Assembly: GCA_019635975.1 (NCBI GenBank)
Contig: JAHBYM010000004.1
Location: 2,030-66,029, forward strand
Source of the DNA: Parvibaculum sp.
GTDB lineage: Bacteria > Pseudomonadota > Alphaproteobacteria > Parvibaculales > Parvibaculaceae
Direction of reading: 5' to 3'
DNA length: 64,000 nt
A program made the translations under genes and the position numbers. Below are positions 20,402 through 30,698 of the stretch, piece by piece. Positions within the stretch are counted from its first letter, which is position 1, and every line of letters begins with the position of its first letter. Below the pieces are notes generated by a model. It had not been told where the DNA came from and made no database searches. It worked only from the letters and a program-made list of their open reading frames with translations.

Positions 20402-23071
20402 ATGCTCTTTCGCCGCATTGCCATCCGGAATTTTCGCAAACACCTGTCACCGGTGGTGATTGACGAGCTTGGCGAAGGTGTGACGGTGATTGCCGGCGAC
20501 AATGAAGAAGGCAAGAGCACGTTGCTCGATGCGATCCGTACAGGACTCTTCGAACGTCAGAATCTCGGCGGCAAAGCTGCAGACACCATGCAACCGTTCG
20601 GATCAACAGTTCGCCCGGAAGTCCGGATAGATTTCGAGGTCGATGGTTCGCTCTACTCGATCACTAAGGGATTTATCCAAAAGGCATCAGCGCGCCTGAC
20701 GACGCCAGCCGGTACATTCGAAGGTGCTGCGGCCGAAGAACGGCTCGCCGAACTTCTTACGTTCCGGCTATCGCAGCGTGGGGAATCCAAGCCGGATGAT
20801 CGGGGCATTCTGGGGCTGTTCTGGCTGGAGCAGGGCCGTGTGCTTGATGGCCTCGGACTTGGCGAGACCGGAAGGTCGACGCTACGTGGTTCGCTGGAAG
20901 ACGAAGTGGGAAATGTTCTCGGTGGCACCCGCGGCCGCAAACTTCTGGAAGCAGCGAGAGCACAGCGTGACGCCCTTCTGACCTCTACCGGCAGACCGCG
21001 TGGTGATCTCTCGGCTGCCAATGACGAAGCCGAGAAGGCGACGGCGCGTGCCTTGGAATTGGAAGCAGAGCGAGCCGAGTATGATCAGGAGATCGATCAC
21101 CTGACGCAAGTCCGCCGCGACCTTGCGCAGATCTCGCATGATCGCGTGCTCGAGAAAGCCGAAGAGGCTCTGAGCAAGGCTGAAAGCGAGGCCAGGTCGA
21201 TCGAGCTGCTCATCCAGCGACACGAAGCGGCGGAGCAGGCGGTCGCATTGACTAAGGCCCAGCTGGACAATGCAGCGGACCATTCCGATCGTCGGCAGGC
21301 GCTGATCCAAGCAGTGGAAGGACGGGAGCGTGACCTGATAGATAAACGGGACGCGCACACGCGATTGAGCGATGAGGCAGGCCCCATCGCGGACCGCCAA
21401 CAAGCGGCCGAAATCGAGATGATGGCAAAAACTGAGGCCAGGGAGACGGCGGAAACTCGCGTTGTTGTCGCCCAAGGCCGCTCCCGGATCGAGTCTCTGG
21501 ACAAGCAGATCGCCGAGCTACACCGGAAAATCTCGGAGATCGAGAAGCTGGCTTCACAACGCAAGGCCGACCAAGATCGTATTGCCCAGATCGCGATCGA
21601 CCAGCGCGGCTACGAGAAACTTCAGACCCTTGAGAGCGATATTCGAGCGGCCAAGGCAGCGCTCGGGGCTGTAGCCACGCGCGTGCGCTTCGCACCGATC
21701 GGCGGCCAAAGAGTGAAGAGAAACGGCGTGGAACTCACGACTGGCGAGACGGTGCAGGTTACCGACAGATCGCATTTTGAGTTGGATGGGTTCGGTGAGA
21801 TCGACATCGAACCCGGCACGTCGGAGTTGGCCGATCGGCGTGCGCGGCTAAAAAAGGCCGAAGATGCGCTCGACAAGGGACTGACCGCGGTGGGTATGGC
21901 AGATATCGCCGCCGCCAAAATCCAACTCGAACAACGCACGTCGCTAGACGCACAAGTCAAGGAAGCTAAACGGTTGATTGATGCCTTGGCGCCAGAGGGC
22001 GCTGAGGCACTAGCAACGGTACTTGGAGAACAAAAGGCCGAGCGAAGTCGCCTCAGCGACACGACAAGTGCTCTCATGCTCGCCGATACTGCCGATCCGG
22101 AGACGGAAAGCCGCGTATTGACCGCAGCCAAAGATGCCGAGAAGGAGGCAAGAACAGCGCTAGATTTAGCTCAGAAGGAACATCAGGAACACGTCATTCA
22201 ACTAACTGTTGCTGTCACAGCTTTAGAAGCGGCCGCTGAGGCGGTCACGACGGCCAAGGCCGATCTCCAGAAGGCGCGTGACTACGCAAGCGATACTGAA
22301 CTTACAACCAAGCTGGAGAGCGCGAAGGACGCGCTGACAAAGGCACAGAATACCCACGCTGAATCTACAAAGCGGCTGAATGCGGCGAATCCCGAAGAGG
22401 TAGAGCTGCGGCGAGAGCGGGCTCAATCAACTCTCGCGACCGTTGACGCCGAGCGGCGCCAGTTGCGCGAGGAGCAAATCGGATTGCAAAGTCGTCTGAC
22501 GGCACTTGGCAAGAACGGGATCAGCGAGCTACTCGAAGAAGCCCGAGGCCGTGAGACACGAACCCTTGCGCGTCGAGATCGCTTGCAGCGGGATGCTGCG
22601 GCCTGGAACCGGCTGGTGTCCACCCTTGTTGACGCTGAACGCGATGCGAAAGAGGCCTTCCTGGAGCCGGTTCTGAAGCGGGTCGATCCGTTTCTGCGCC
22701 TTTTGTTTCCTGACGCTCGGGTCACACTCAATGAAGAAACATTGGAGATCACGGGTGTTGTTCGTGGGGGCCGCGAGGAACCTTATCCATTGCTGAGCAT
22801 TGGGACACGGGAGCAGCTTTCGATCCTCGTTCGACTTGCCTTCGCCGTCTATCTGCGAGAGAAAGGATTTCCTGCCGCCGTCATCCTCGACGATGCTCTG
22901 GTGTACGCAGACGACGACCGCTTCGAGCGAATGCAACTTGCGTTACGAAAGGCAGCGGAAACCGTGCAGGTCCTGATTCTGACCTGTCGTCCCCGGGATT
23001 GGCGCGAGTTTGGAGCTCCGATTCGTCGCTTGGGTGATGGGAAGACGAAGAAATTTGAACCGCTTCAATAG
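20402..23071 (+). CDS. Rad50/SbcC-like coiled-coil ABC ATPase (YhaN-like)
   Basis: Walker A GDNEEGKST, long coiled coil, LSIGTREQ signature, ILDDALVYADD. Confidence 0.88.
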   Translation: MLFRRIAIRNFRKHLSPVVIDELGEGVTVIAGDNEEGKSTLLDAIRTGLFERQNLGGKAADTMQPFGSTVRPEVRIDFEVDGSLYSITKGFIQKASARLTTPAGTFEGAAAEERLAELLTFRLSQRGESKPDDRGILGLFWLEQGRVLDGLGLGETGRSTLRGSLEDEVGNVLGGTRGRKLLEAARAQRDALLTSTGRPRGDLSAANDEAEKATARALELEAERAEYDQEIDHLTQVRRDLAQISHDRVLEKAEEALSKAESEARSIELLIQRHEAAEQAVALTKAQLDNAADHSDRRQALIQAVEGRERDLIDKRDAHTRLSDEAGPIADRQQAAEIEMMAKTEARETAETRVVVAQGRSRIESLDKQIAELHRKISEIEKLASQRKADQDRIAQIAIDQRGYEKLQTLESDIRAAKAALGAVATRVRFAPIGGQRVKRNGVELTTGETVQVTDRSHFELDGFGEIDIEPGTSELADRRARLKKAEDALDKGLTAVGMADIAAAKIQLEQRTSLDAQVKEAKRLIDALAPEGAEALATVLGEQKAERSRLSDTTSALMLADTADPETESRVLTAAKDAEKEARTALDLAQKEHQEHVIQLTVAVTALEAAAEAVTTAKADLQKARDYASDTELTTKLESAKDALTKAQNTHAESTKRLNAANPEEVELRRERAQSTLATVDAERRQLREEQIGLQSRLTALGKNGISELLEEARGRETRTLARRDRLQRDAAAWNRLVSTLVDAERDAKEAFLEPVLKRVDPFLRLLFPDARVTLNEETLEITGVVRGGREEPYPLLSIGTREQLSILVRLAFAVYLREKGFPAAVILDDALVYADDDRFERMQLALRKAAETVQVLILTCRPRDWREFGAPIRRLGDGKTKKFEPLQ

Positions 23072-23149
23072 ACCGCTTCAATAGAAAGACTACGACTAGC
23101 AAATATGTGCCATCGGGTCCTTAATTTCTGGCTGACGGTTCATGTCTCC

Positions 23150-23303
23150 CTGCCGTTGTCTCCCACTCTGAACACCGTGACATCTCCCGCTCCCGCAGGT
23201 TCGCGATGATCTGCTCTTCCGTGAATCTCGATCGCTTCATCGTCCGCCCCCTTCAGTTGCCGGACTCTACTCAAATCGGGAGGAAGTTCAGGAACTCAGG
23301 TCA
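23150..23303 (-). pseudogene. IS3-family remnant (left IR plus start of OrfA)
   Basis: TGACCTG... end at 23303; MKRSRFTEEQIIANLRERE from 23240, then decays. Confidence 0.75.
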
Positions 23304-23321
23304 GTCCTAGCCACGTGGCAG

Positions 23322-23351
23322 AACGACCGCTCTTGGCGCATTAATCTCATT
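23322..23351 (-). repeat. Module-boundary repeat, copy E (opposite orientation)
   Basis: Minus strand AATGAGATTAATGCGCCAAGAGCGGTCGTT, ~30 bp past the helicase stop. Confidence 0.65.
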
Positions 23352-23381
23352 TTCGATAATGGAATTGAGAGTCCTCCTGCA

Positions 23382-25553
23382 TCATCCGCCAAGGATATTG
23401 GCGCAAATCCGAGGAAGAGACTGCTGATCCAGCTTAGACGATACGACGTCCAACCGAAGAAGATCGTCTGTCAAATAAGGATGGAACTTCTCGGATATCA
23501 AATTCGGGTCGGATGAGAACAAGTCAATATTTTCTCCTCGCGCGATGGCCTTCAATGTATCGATTGGCGATGATTGCGCGTCGCCGAATGTCCCCTCGAT
23601 AAAGCCGTCATGAACATGAACGCGATATCCTTGCGAGCGGAGAGCAAGCGCAAGTGTTTCAGTTTTGACGGTTCCGAGGCGGGTTGCGATGAGGAATTCG
23701 CTGTCCGCGGTCTGAACAATGCCGCCAGTATCGAAGCGGATCTGGGCATAATTACCGCGCGCCTCATCGAGAAGGCCGAGCGCGGTGAGGTCCATATAAA
23801 CCGGCCGTTCCCGAGACTCCAGAACCTCGAACATCCGTTCGACGACCCGGTCGTGAATGATGCCGGGGTCGCCGCCAAATCTTGGCGGTACGCCTGCTTT
23901 CGCGGGTATGACGACTATAACACGTTCCCGATCGTGGATTTCCTGAACATGCCATCGCCGCCCGGAAAATATCAACAGCATGCCGGGCGCCAGGATATTG
24001 TCGATTGAAACCGATCCGAGCGTCTTGCCATTTGCCACAATACGGTATTCTTCCGGCGTCTTGAAAACGGCGAAGAAGCTGTAATGGTCCGTCAATTTCT
24101 CGCCGGCCTCGCCAAGCAGCAAAATACCCTCCTCACCTTGTTCGATGAGCGCTATATCCGGACGCCCGATTGCGCGGAGCACATCGAGAAACATTGCCGA
24201 CGAAACCGATCGGAAGGGGCCGTGTTGGCAAAGGGTCTTGTAGATATCGGGAGCCTTTGCGCCACCCCGCCCGGATATCACCGAAAGAATTTGATGAACC
24301 AGGGTGGAAAGATGAAGCGCGCCAGGCCGCGGCGGCTCACACCATCCCTCGAGGAGAAGCTCGATCATCGCAACGGCGCGCACGAGGCCAAGACGAAGCC
24401 TGTCCAGAACATTGCTGTCCGCGCGCAGTCCGGTTTCGATAGCGTATTGTCGCAGTATCGCGGGATTGCCCTCTCTTCGCCCGGAACGTCCCAATCGCTG
24501 ACGAAGAGAGGCAACGCTGAACGGGGCACCTATCTGCGCGACACAGGTCACGTCTCCGATGTCGATCCCCAACTCGAGCGTCGATGTGCAAATGGCAGTG
24601 GTCGGCACGGAGCCTTCCTTCAACCTGCGCTCCACGAACTCGCGGTGTTCGCGGGAGAGGTTCGCGTGGTGGGGATAGAACTCCTGCGGGAGATGCGCTT
24701 CCTCGCACAGCGTTCGTAGCCTGTCGGCGTAAATCTCGACGGACTGGCGCGTGCCGGCGAAAACGAGGTTGTCGCTCCCGCGCAGATGCGTAAAGAGATG
24801 GTCCGAAATAGCCCTGACCGGTGCCGGAACATCCTCATCCTTGTCGCTGGAAACATATCCGCGCAGCTGAATCCGCAGTTCCGAGCCGCCCTTGTCCGCC
24901 TCGATGATATGGACGTCGTCAGGCGCGTCGGGGCGCAAATATTGGCGGGCGAGACCCATATCGCCAAGGGTCGCCGAAAGGCCGATGCGGCGGATGGGTC
25001 TCCCGACGGCAAGCTCCAAGCGGGCAAGCAAGGAACGAACCTGGATACCACGCTCAGTATCGAGAAGGCTGTGGAGCTCGTCGATGACGACCGCACGGGC
25101 ATTCTTGAAGAGACGCGGAATTTCCAGACCGCGCCGGACGAACAGGGCTTCCAGCGATTCTGGTGTAATAAGCAGGATACCGCGCGGATTTTTGACCGCC
25201 CTCGATTTTGACGAGGCGGCGATATCGCCGTGCCAAGGTACGATGGGCAGTTCTGCTTCCTGGCAGATATCCTCGAGTCTTCGCGCCTGGTCGGATATCA
25301 GCGCCTTGAGAGGGCCGATATAGAGGAGGTCGAAGCCGGCGCCCGTCGCCGGATCATCAAGCACTTGCGAGATGAGCGGCAAAAATGCTGCCTCTGTTTT
25401 CCCGCCGGCCGTTGACGCCGCAATGATGAGGTCCCCCTTGTCGTCGGCCAGGATATGAATGGCGCGAGCCTGTATGTCGCGCAATTCTCGCCAGCCTTGC
25501 GCGCGAATCCATTTCTGAACGGGCCTGGCAAGCTTGTCGAACGCTGGCGTCAC
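23382..25553 (-). CDS. Lhr-like DEAD/DEAH helicase
   Basis: ASTAGGKTE, TPESLE, IDELH, GLSAT, TSTLELGIDIG, QRLGRSGRR. Confidence 0.92.
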   Translation of the reverse strand: MTPAFDKLARPVQKWIRAQGWRELRDIQARAIHILADDKGDLIIAASTAGGKTEAAFLPLISQVLDDPATGAGFDLLYIGPLKALISDQARRLEDICQEAELPIVPWHGDIAASSKSRAVKNPRGILLITPESLEALFVRRGLEIPRLFKNARAVVIDELHSLLDTERGIQVRSLLARLELAVGRPIRRIGLSATLGDMGLARQYLRPDAPDDVHIIEADKGGSELRIQLRGYVSSDKDEDVPAPVRAISDHLFTHLRGSDNLVFAGTRQSVEIYADRLRTLCEEAHLPQEFYPHHANLSREHREFVERRLKEGSVPTTAICTSTLELGIDIGDVTCVAQIGAPFSVASLRQRLGRSGRREGNPAILRQYAIETGLRADSNVLDRLRLGLVRAVAMIELLLEGWCEPPRPGALHLSTLVHQILSVISGRGGAKAPDIYKTLCQHGPFRSVSSAMFLDVLRAIGRPDIALIEQGEEGILLLGEAGEKLTDHYSFFAVFKTPEEYRIVANGKTLGSVSIDNILAPGMLLIFSGRRWHVQEIHDRERVIVVIPAKAGVPPRFGGDPGIIHDRVVERMFEVLESRERPVYMDLTALGLLDEARGNYAQIRFDTGGIVQTADSEFLIATRLGTVKTETLALALRSQGYRVHVHDGFIEGTFGDAQSSPIDTLKAIARGENIDLFSSDPNLISEKFHPYLTDDLLRLDVVSSKLDQQSLPRICANILGG

Positions 25554-26863
25554 AAGCGAAAGCTCGCCATTTCGTCACCTTCCGGCGGCGCTCCGCCAAC
25601 GCTCTCATCGACATCGCTCATGTCTTCGCCGCCATCCGCCCCGACATCGACATCCGACACCATATCCGTCCATTTGACGTCGGGGTTCTGCTCGAGAACG
25701 GCCAGGAGATTGACGAAGGCGGTAATGGTATTTCTTGGTGTCCGGAAATACGCCTCGCCAATGCGCTCGGCGCAATGGGACATGAAGGCTTCGAGTGCCG
25801 CGTCGGGCAGCGTATCGCCACTACTCTGCATTATCGCTCTTATGTTCGAGAGCAGAATGAACAGGTCTTCCGGCGTGAGGTTCGCGAGGCGAATGACCGG
25901 CCCTGACAGATCGACCAGTCCATCGCGGGCGAAGCTGTTGGCGGCAAGCCGCGTCTGAAGCGCCTCGTAGCTGTAGAGCCCGCGCCTCGTATTCATCAGG
26001 AACTCCGGTGTCCCTCCCATGAGAAAACCGAGATGGCCGGCACTGCCCTGAAGCACGTCGTTCAGAATGCGGAGGATCTGCTCGTAGTTCGCGTTTCGCG
26101 CCTGCGCCGAACTGAGCTTGTAGAGATTGACCATTTCATCCAGGCCAACCAGCAGGCCCTTATAGCCTGCGGCTTTGACGAATGACGACATGAGCTTCAG
26201 GTGGTCATAGACGTTGGCGTCATCGACAATCGTTCGCACGCCGAGCGCCTTGCGCGCATCCGTGCGGGTCGAAAACTCGCCCCGTAGCCATCGCAGAGCA
26301 GAGGTCTGGAGCTCCTCGTCTCCAGCTTCGTGGCCTTCCCAGTAGCGCTTGATGACGGTAGCGAAATCAAAGCCACCCGTCAGTTCCTGGATATGGGATA
26401 GCCGCTCGTGGATGACTGCTCCGGTCGCGAGGTCCCCTTTTTCAGCGTCATGATGTGCTTGGCTGACGAAGCGCTCGACAACGCTGGAAAGGGCGCCGCC
26501 ATCCGCCTTTGTTCTCGTTGCCATGTTTCTTGCCATTTCGGCATAGAGACTTCGTGCCTGTCCGCCGGAGGCGTGAATGCGCCGGTCCGGGGCGAGATCG
26601 GCGAACATCGCAACGAGCCCCTTTTCCAGAGCGACGAGCCGGATGAGGTTCATGAAGAAGGTTTTGCCGGATCCGTATTCGCCGATAATGAAGCGAATAG
26701 TCGCCCCGCCATCCGCGATATGGTCGATATCCTTGACGAGTTGCTCGATTTCCATGGCTCGACCGACCTGGATGTGCCGCAAGCCCTGTTTCGGAACGAC
26801 GCCCGCGCGCAGAGCCTGTACAATTGCGTCGCGCTCTCGCGGTTTAATGTTGACCATGTTCAC
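25550..26863 (-). CDS. P-loop ATPase, DUF2791 (BrxD-like)
   Basis: ALRAGVVP..GL, GEYGSGKTF, LRWLRGE, LDEMVN, YEALQTRL. Confidence 0.85.
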   Translation of the reverse strand: MNMVNIKPRERDAIVQALRAGVVPKQGLRHIQVGRAMEIEQLVKDIDHIADGGATIRFIIGEYGSGKTFFMNLIRLVALEKGLVAMFADLAPDRRIHASGGQARSLYAEMARNMATRTKADGGALSSVVERFVSQAHHDAEKGDLATGAVIHERLSHIQELTGGFDFATVIKRYWEGHEAGDEELQTSALRWLRGEFSTRTDARKALGVRTIVDDANVYDHLKLMSSFVKAAGYKGLLVGLDEMVNLYKLSSAQARNANYEQILRILNDVLQGSAGHLGFLMGGTPEFLMNTRRGLYSYEALQTRLAANSFARDGLVDLSGPVIRLANLTPEDLFILLSNIRAIMQSSGDTLPDAALEAFMSHCAERIGEAYFRTPRNTITAFVNLLAVLEQNPDVKWTDMVSDVDVGADGGEDMSDVDESVGGAPPEGDEMASFRL

Positions 26864-29214
26864 GCCCCTATTTCTTTCTTCAGCGCCGCCGATATGTTCG
26901 GCGACACGTCATATCCGTCATATTCATCAAGCAGGGCTTCGTCGTATTTCTCGAAAGCCCATTCATTGAGTGCTTCGAGGGTGCCGGACGGCATAAGTTC
27001 GTGCCTTCCGGAAAGCTTCAGAAATTCCTCTTCCGACCAGTGTTGCCGTTCGATGATCTCGACGACAAGGCCAGCATGTTTCACGCTCAATCCCGCAAGG
27101 GCCGATGACAAAGCGGGCGGTTCGTCCCCGTTGGTATCATTGGGTTCATCGGTCGAGAATATATCGCCCAAAACCGAGGAAACGCGCTTTGTATCTGACC
27201 TGATGGCGGCAATACGCTCCGGGTCTAGCCTGGACATCGCCGAGGAGGGGGCTGTCGGGATGGCTTCTCCGGGTGCGCCCGGTTCAGCGCCCCGCATGGC
27301 AACGGGTCCATCGAGGACGCGCCCGGCATGCAAGTCGCTATAAGCGGCCTTCGGGTCGATGCCCAGGGCTTTGTAAATTTTCTCTATTTCGGCCACTTCA
27401 TCGGACTGAACAACGGTATCCGCATGAGCGATGGCAACCACCGCTGCCCGAATTGAAGCTTGTTGTTCGGGGCTGGCATCTTTCAATTTCTGGCGCAGAA
27501 GCGACATGTTGGGCGGCACTGCGATGAGCCAATCGAGATTGGCGAGAAGTCTTTTCTGCTCCTGTTCGCTCAGCCCTCCCGTGCTGACGATGCGGTTGCG
27601 CAACGCAAGGTGTTCGGCGTCGGTGACATCTCCGTCGGCATGGGCGACGAATGTGCCAAGGGCAAGTTCCATCAAAGCATCGTGGAACCGGTCGGACACC
27701 TCTTCGAGTTGTTCGACCGGTGCGCCAAAATCGAAAATTACGACCGGCTCGCCTACTTTCGGAGCCCGCAAGGAGAAGCGCGGATCGGGCGCCATACCGA
27801 ATCCGACGCGAGCAAGCGCATCGGCGGCATCCGTCAGTTGACGCTTGCCTATCTTGCCGCTCTCTCCGCCCTCGAGTCTGGCGATGACGTCGGTCACCGG
27901 CGTAAGTCCGCCTCCTTTAACCCTGGAGCGTGCCCAGGCCTTGAGGTTTTCCAGTTCAGCGGAAGGGAAGAGTTGACGGAGATCTGCGGGCAGCAGTGCC
28001 TGCGCTTCGAGGCTTCCTCTTCCATCCGGCTTGCGCCCGATGAAACGCGAGAATTTGTCCAGCTCGTCCATCACCTGGTCAGCGATCTTCTGGGCGATAT
28101 TGACGGGCTTTTTCAGATTGGAGATGTCGGGTATCGGCTGGCCATCGAGTACGGGACTAAGATCAACATGAAACTCGCCAGATGCTGCTCGGTAGCTTTC
28201 CTTGAGGATTTTCTTCGGTGTCTGAACCTTCAATCCACCGGGGAATTTCTCGTCGAAACGCAGCTTGAACAGAGCTTTGAATTCTTCGGGGCATCTCGTC
28301 GCGGGGGTGCGGAGATTGTGCTCCGGGTGACACATCAGCCAACTGAGCGCCCAATCAGATGAAAGCGTTTCGCCTGCTGCGACACTGGCGCCCAACGCTA
28401 CCTTGAGCGAGAGGGGAATTTCCCACCCCGGATTCTTGAAAATTGGTTCCTGAAGAGATTTGTCGTTCAGGTCCAGCTTCGCGACCTCAATGAAGCTTCC
28501 GAGATATCGTCGGGCCGAACCGCTACTCTCATAGAGTTTCTGAAGCCGGAGAACCTCGTCGAGAATTTCTCTCTTTTCATCATCAGAGGGACGGTCGACC
28601 AGGAATCGCCGCTCGAGACCATAGAAATAAAGGAACATGTATCCAGGATTGTACGAGGCATCCGCGCGCCCTCCTGCCAACCAGTCGAGATAGGTGGCAC
28701 GGCATTCCGCAGGGATGTCAGAGTATCCCGGCCAGTAGGGCATCGAATTCCCGGCCGCGTCTGTTCCTGCGTTGGCCACGGGCAGTGAAGGATCTATGTA
28801 TGCCCGGCACTTGCTGTATCCGCCGGGGCTCAGAAGAGGAGGCGCGCCAACATAGATCATGCCGCCAAGACTGCGGCCGCCGATATTGACGACCTCACTT
28901 TTTGGCATCCAACCCTTCGGATACTTGTGCTCCATCCAGCCGACATTCCTTCCAACAGCCCCACGGGTCAGCGGATGAGATCCGCCGCCAGGCACTCTTT
29001 CCGGCGAAGGCTTCGGTTCATGCGGCTTTGGATTTTTCCTTGCCGATCGCCGACGTTCACCTGCCCAAACCAGCAATCCAGGAACAACAAAGGCAAACAG
29101 CGCCTGTATCCCATCAGACCAATCTTGAAGGACGGTCACAACGGCAAACATGCAAGCAAAGAAATAGAGGCCGTATAGCGATGCAAGGCGTATGAATGTC
29201 ACGGTGAAATCCAA
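26860..29214 (-). CDS. TerB N-terminal / TerB / TerB-C domain protein with N-terminal TM helices
   Basis: YWPGYS..RATYLDWL..GYMFLYFYGLERR (TerB-N), VAHADG..E and AHAD..EIEKIY (TerB), LEALNEWAFE (TerB-C). Confidence 0.88.
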   Translation of the reverse strand: MDFTVTFIRLASLYGLYFFACMFAVVTVLQDWSDGIQALFAFVVPGLLVWAGERRRSARKNPKPHEPKPSPERVPGGGSHPLTRGAVGRNVGWMEHKYPKGWMPKSEVVNIGGRSLGGMIYVGAPPLLSPGGYSKCRAYIDPSLPVANAGTDAAGNSMPYWPGYSDIPAECRATYLDWLAGGRADASYNPGYMFLYFYGLERRFLVDRPSDDEKREILDEVLRLQKLYESSGSARRYLGSFIEVAKLDLNDKSLQEPIFKNPGWEIPLSLKVALGASVAAGETLSSDWALSWLMCHPEHNLRTPATRCPEEFKALFKLRFDEKFPGGLKVQTPKKILKESYRAASGEFHVDLSPVLDGQPIPDISNLKKPVNIAQKIADQVMDELDKFSRFIGRKPDGRGSLEAQALLPADLRQLFPSAELENLKAWARSRVKGGGLTPVTDVIARLEGGESGKIGKRQLTDAADALARVGFGMAPDPRFSLRAPKVGEPVVIFDFGAPVEQLEEVSDRFHDALMELALGTFVAHADGDVTDAEHLALRNRIVSTGGLSEQEQKRLLANLDWLIAVPPNMSLLRQKLKDASPEQQASIRAAVVAIAHADTVVQSDEVAEIEKIYKALGIDPKAAYSDLHAGRVLDGPVAMRGAEPGAPGEAIPTAPSSAMSRLDPERIAAIRSDTKRVSSVLGDIFSTDEPNDTNGDEPPALSSALAGLSVKHAGLVVEIIERQHWSEEEFLKLSGRHELMPSGTLEALNEWAFEKYDEALLDEYDGYDVSPNISAALKKEIGA

Positions 29215-29384
29215 ATAGAGCCGACAAAGAGTAAGCTACTATGCAACGCCCCTAAGCTATCCGTACACAAAGCTACTTTCTATGCAAAACCTCCTCTCGT
29301 GATGCGGGGTGGGCCACCCGACCCACCAAAATCCCATCCCGTTCATATCTTCGTGTAGCCGACGTCGGCGCGGTGTTATTTTTT

Positions 29385-30516
29385 GGCGCAATTCTACTTA
29401 AGTGTGGATGAGCGCCAGAATGTATTGTTTTAGAAAGGTTTGGGCCATAGCGTTGTCTCTCCGCTTACGGAGGGGCCCATGGACGCCGTCCGGTTCGAAC
29501 GCCTGAAGGCGCGAGTTGCGAGAGAACTGACGCCCGAGCAGTGCGTCGAGCTCGGGGAGGTGGTCCAGGCCGCCGCCGCATCGCGGCTGGCCGATGTCGC
29601 GCTTGCGCGCCGTTCGGCGGCCGTGAGCAGCCGACGCGGATGTCCGCATTGCGGTCATGACGACATCGTGAAACACGGCCGCGATCGCGGAGGCAGGCAG
29701 CGATTTCGCTGCCGCCGGAGCGGCTCATCCGGCTGCGGCCAAACCTTCAACGCCCTCACCGGCACCGCCTTCACCCGTATGCGCAAGCCGGAGAAGTGGG
29801 CTGCCTACGCCCGCATGATGGCCACCGGCTTCAAGTCGGTCGACGACGTGAAGACGAGCGGGCTTGGCATCTCGCGGCTGACCGCCTGGCGCTGGCGTCA
29901 TCGCCTCTTGCGCGCCCAGGCGCTGCGGCAGGCCGAACGGGTGGGAGGCGTCATCGAGGCCGATGAAACCTACTTTTTGAGTTCCTGCAAGGGACACCGG
30001 GGCTGGCAGAACGGGAATCCGCCGGAGAACCGCCCGCCGCGCTACCGCGGAGGCCCGGCCATCAACAGGGGACTCTCCAGCGAGCAAATCCCCGTGCTCA
30101 CGGCGCTCGACAACGCCGGCGGCATCATCGAGGAAGTGCTGCCAAACCGCGCCGCCATCGCTCCCGCGCTTCAGGGGCGTATCGCGCCGGGCTCCGTTCT
30201 CTGCTCCGACGGGCACAAGGCCTATGTCAGCGCAGCGGTGAAAGCGGGCTCGGAACATCGCCGCATCATGACCCCGAAGAAGACGCAGGCAACGAAGGCC
30301 GTTGGCGGAAAACCTCGCCGCCCCGGACGGCTCGGGCTCGGTCATGTGAATGCCCATCACGAGCGCACGAAGACCTTCGTCAACCGGCAGGTGCGCGGCG
30401 TCTCGACCCGGCATCTTCCGCTCTATCTCGGCTGGCTTCGGGCGCTCCGGAGGCCCGACTTCTCGCCGGAGGCCCTCATCGATGAGGCGTTATCCACACT
30501 TAAGTAGAATTGCGCC
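29385..30516 (+). mobile_element. IS1595-family insertion sequence, copy 1 (1132 bp)
   Basis: Terminal IRs GGCGCAATTCTACTTAAGTGTGGAT; 8-bp target duplication TATTTTTT. Confidence 0.93.
29440..30507 (+). CDS. IS1595-family transposase
   Basis: CPHC..RFRC..C Zn ribbon, IEADETY, CSDGHKAY, HVNAHH, GVSTRHLPLYL. Confidence 0.92.
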   Translation: MGHSVVSPLTEGPMDAVRFERLKARVARELTPEQCVELGEVVQAAAASRLADVALARRSAAVSSRRGCPHCGHDDIVKHGRDRGGRQRFRCRRSGSSGCGQTFNALTGTAFTRMRKPEKWAAYARMMATGFKSVDDVKTSGLGISRLTAWRWRHRLLRAQALRQAERVGGVIEADETYFLSSCKGHRGWQNGNPPENRPPRYRGGPAINRGLSSEQIPVLTALDNAGGIIEEVLPNRAAIAPALQGRIAPGSVLCSDGHKAYVSAAVKAGSEHRRIMTPKKTQATKAVGGKPRRPGRLGLGHVNAHHERTKTFVNRQVRGVSTRHLPLYLGWLRALRRPDFSPEALIDEALSTLK

Positions 30517-30665
30517 TATTTTTTTGCCGGGTATGAAAATGGAAAGACGGGCCGCGGCCGCTTACAGTTGTTAGCGGCGTGAAGCCGTTTGCCCATCGTC
30601 TAGGCTACCGCATCACGGAATCCCAATCGTGCCGGAACGGTGTCTGCCGTTTGTTGATATCCGCC

Positions 30666-30698
30666 GGCGGCGCATATTGCGCCAAGAGCGGACACTTA
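30666..30698. repeat. Module-boundary repeat, copy F
   Basis: CGCATATTGCGCCAAGAGCGGACACTT. Confidence 0.65.

Noticed and set aside
14161-30698. CRISPR array or classical integron interpretation of the boundary repeats
   Set aside because: Copies are degenerate and kilobases apart; no cas genes, no attC consensus ends and no IntI seen.
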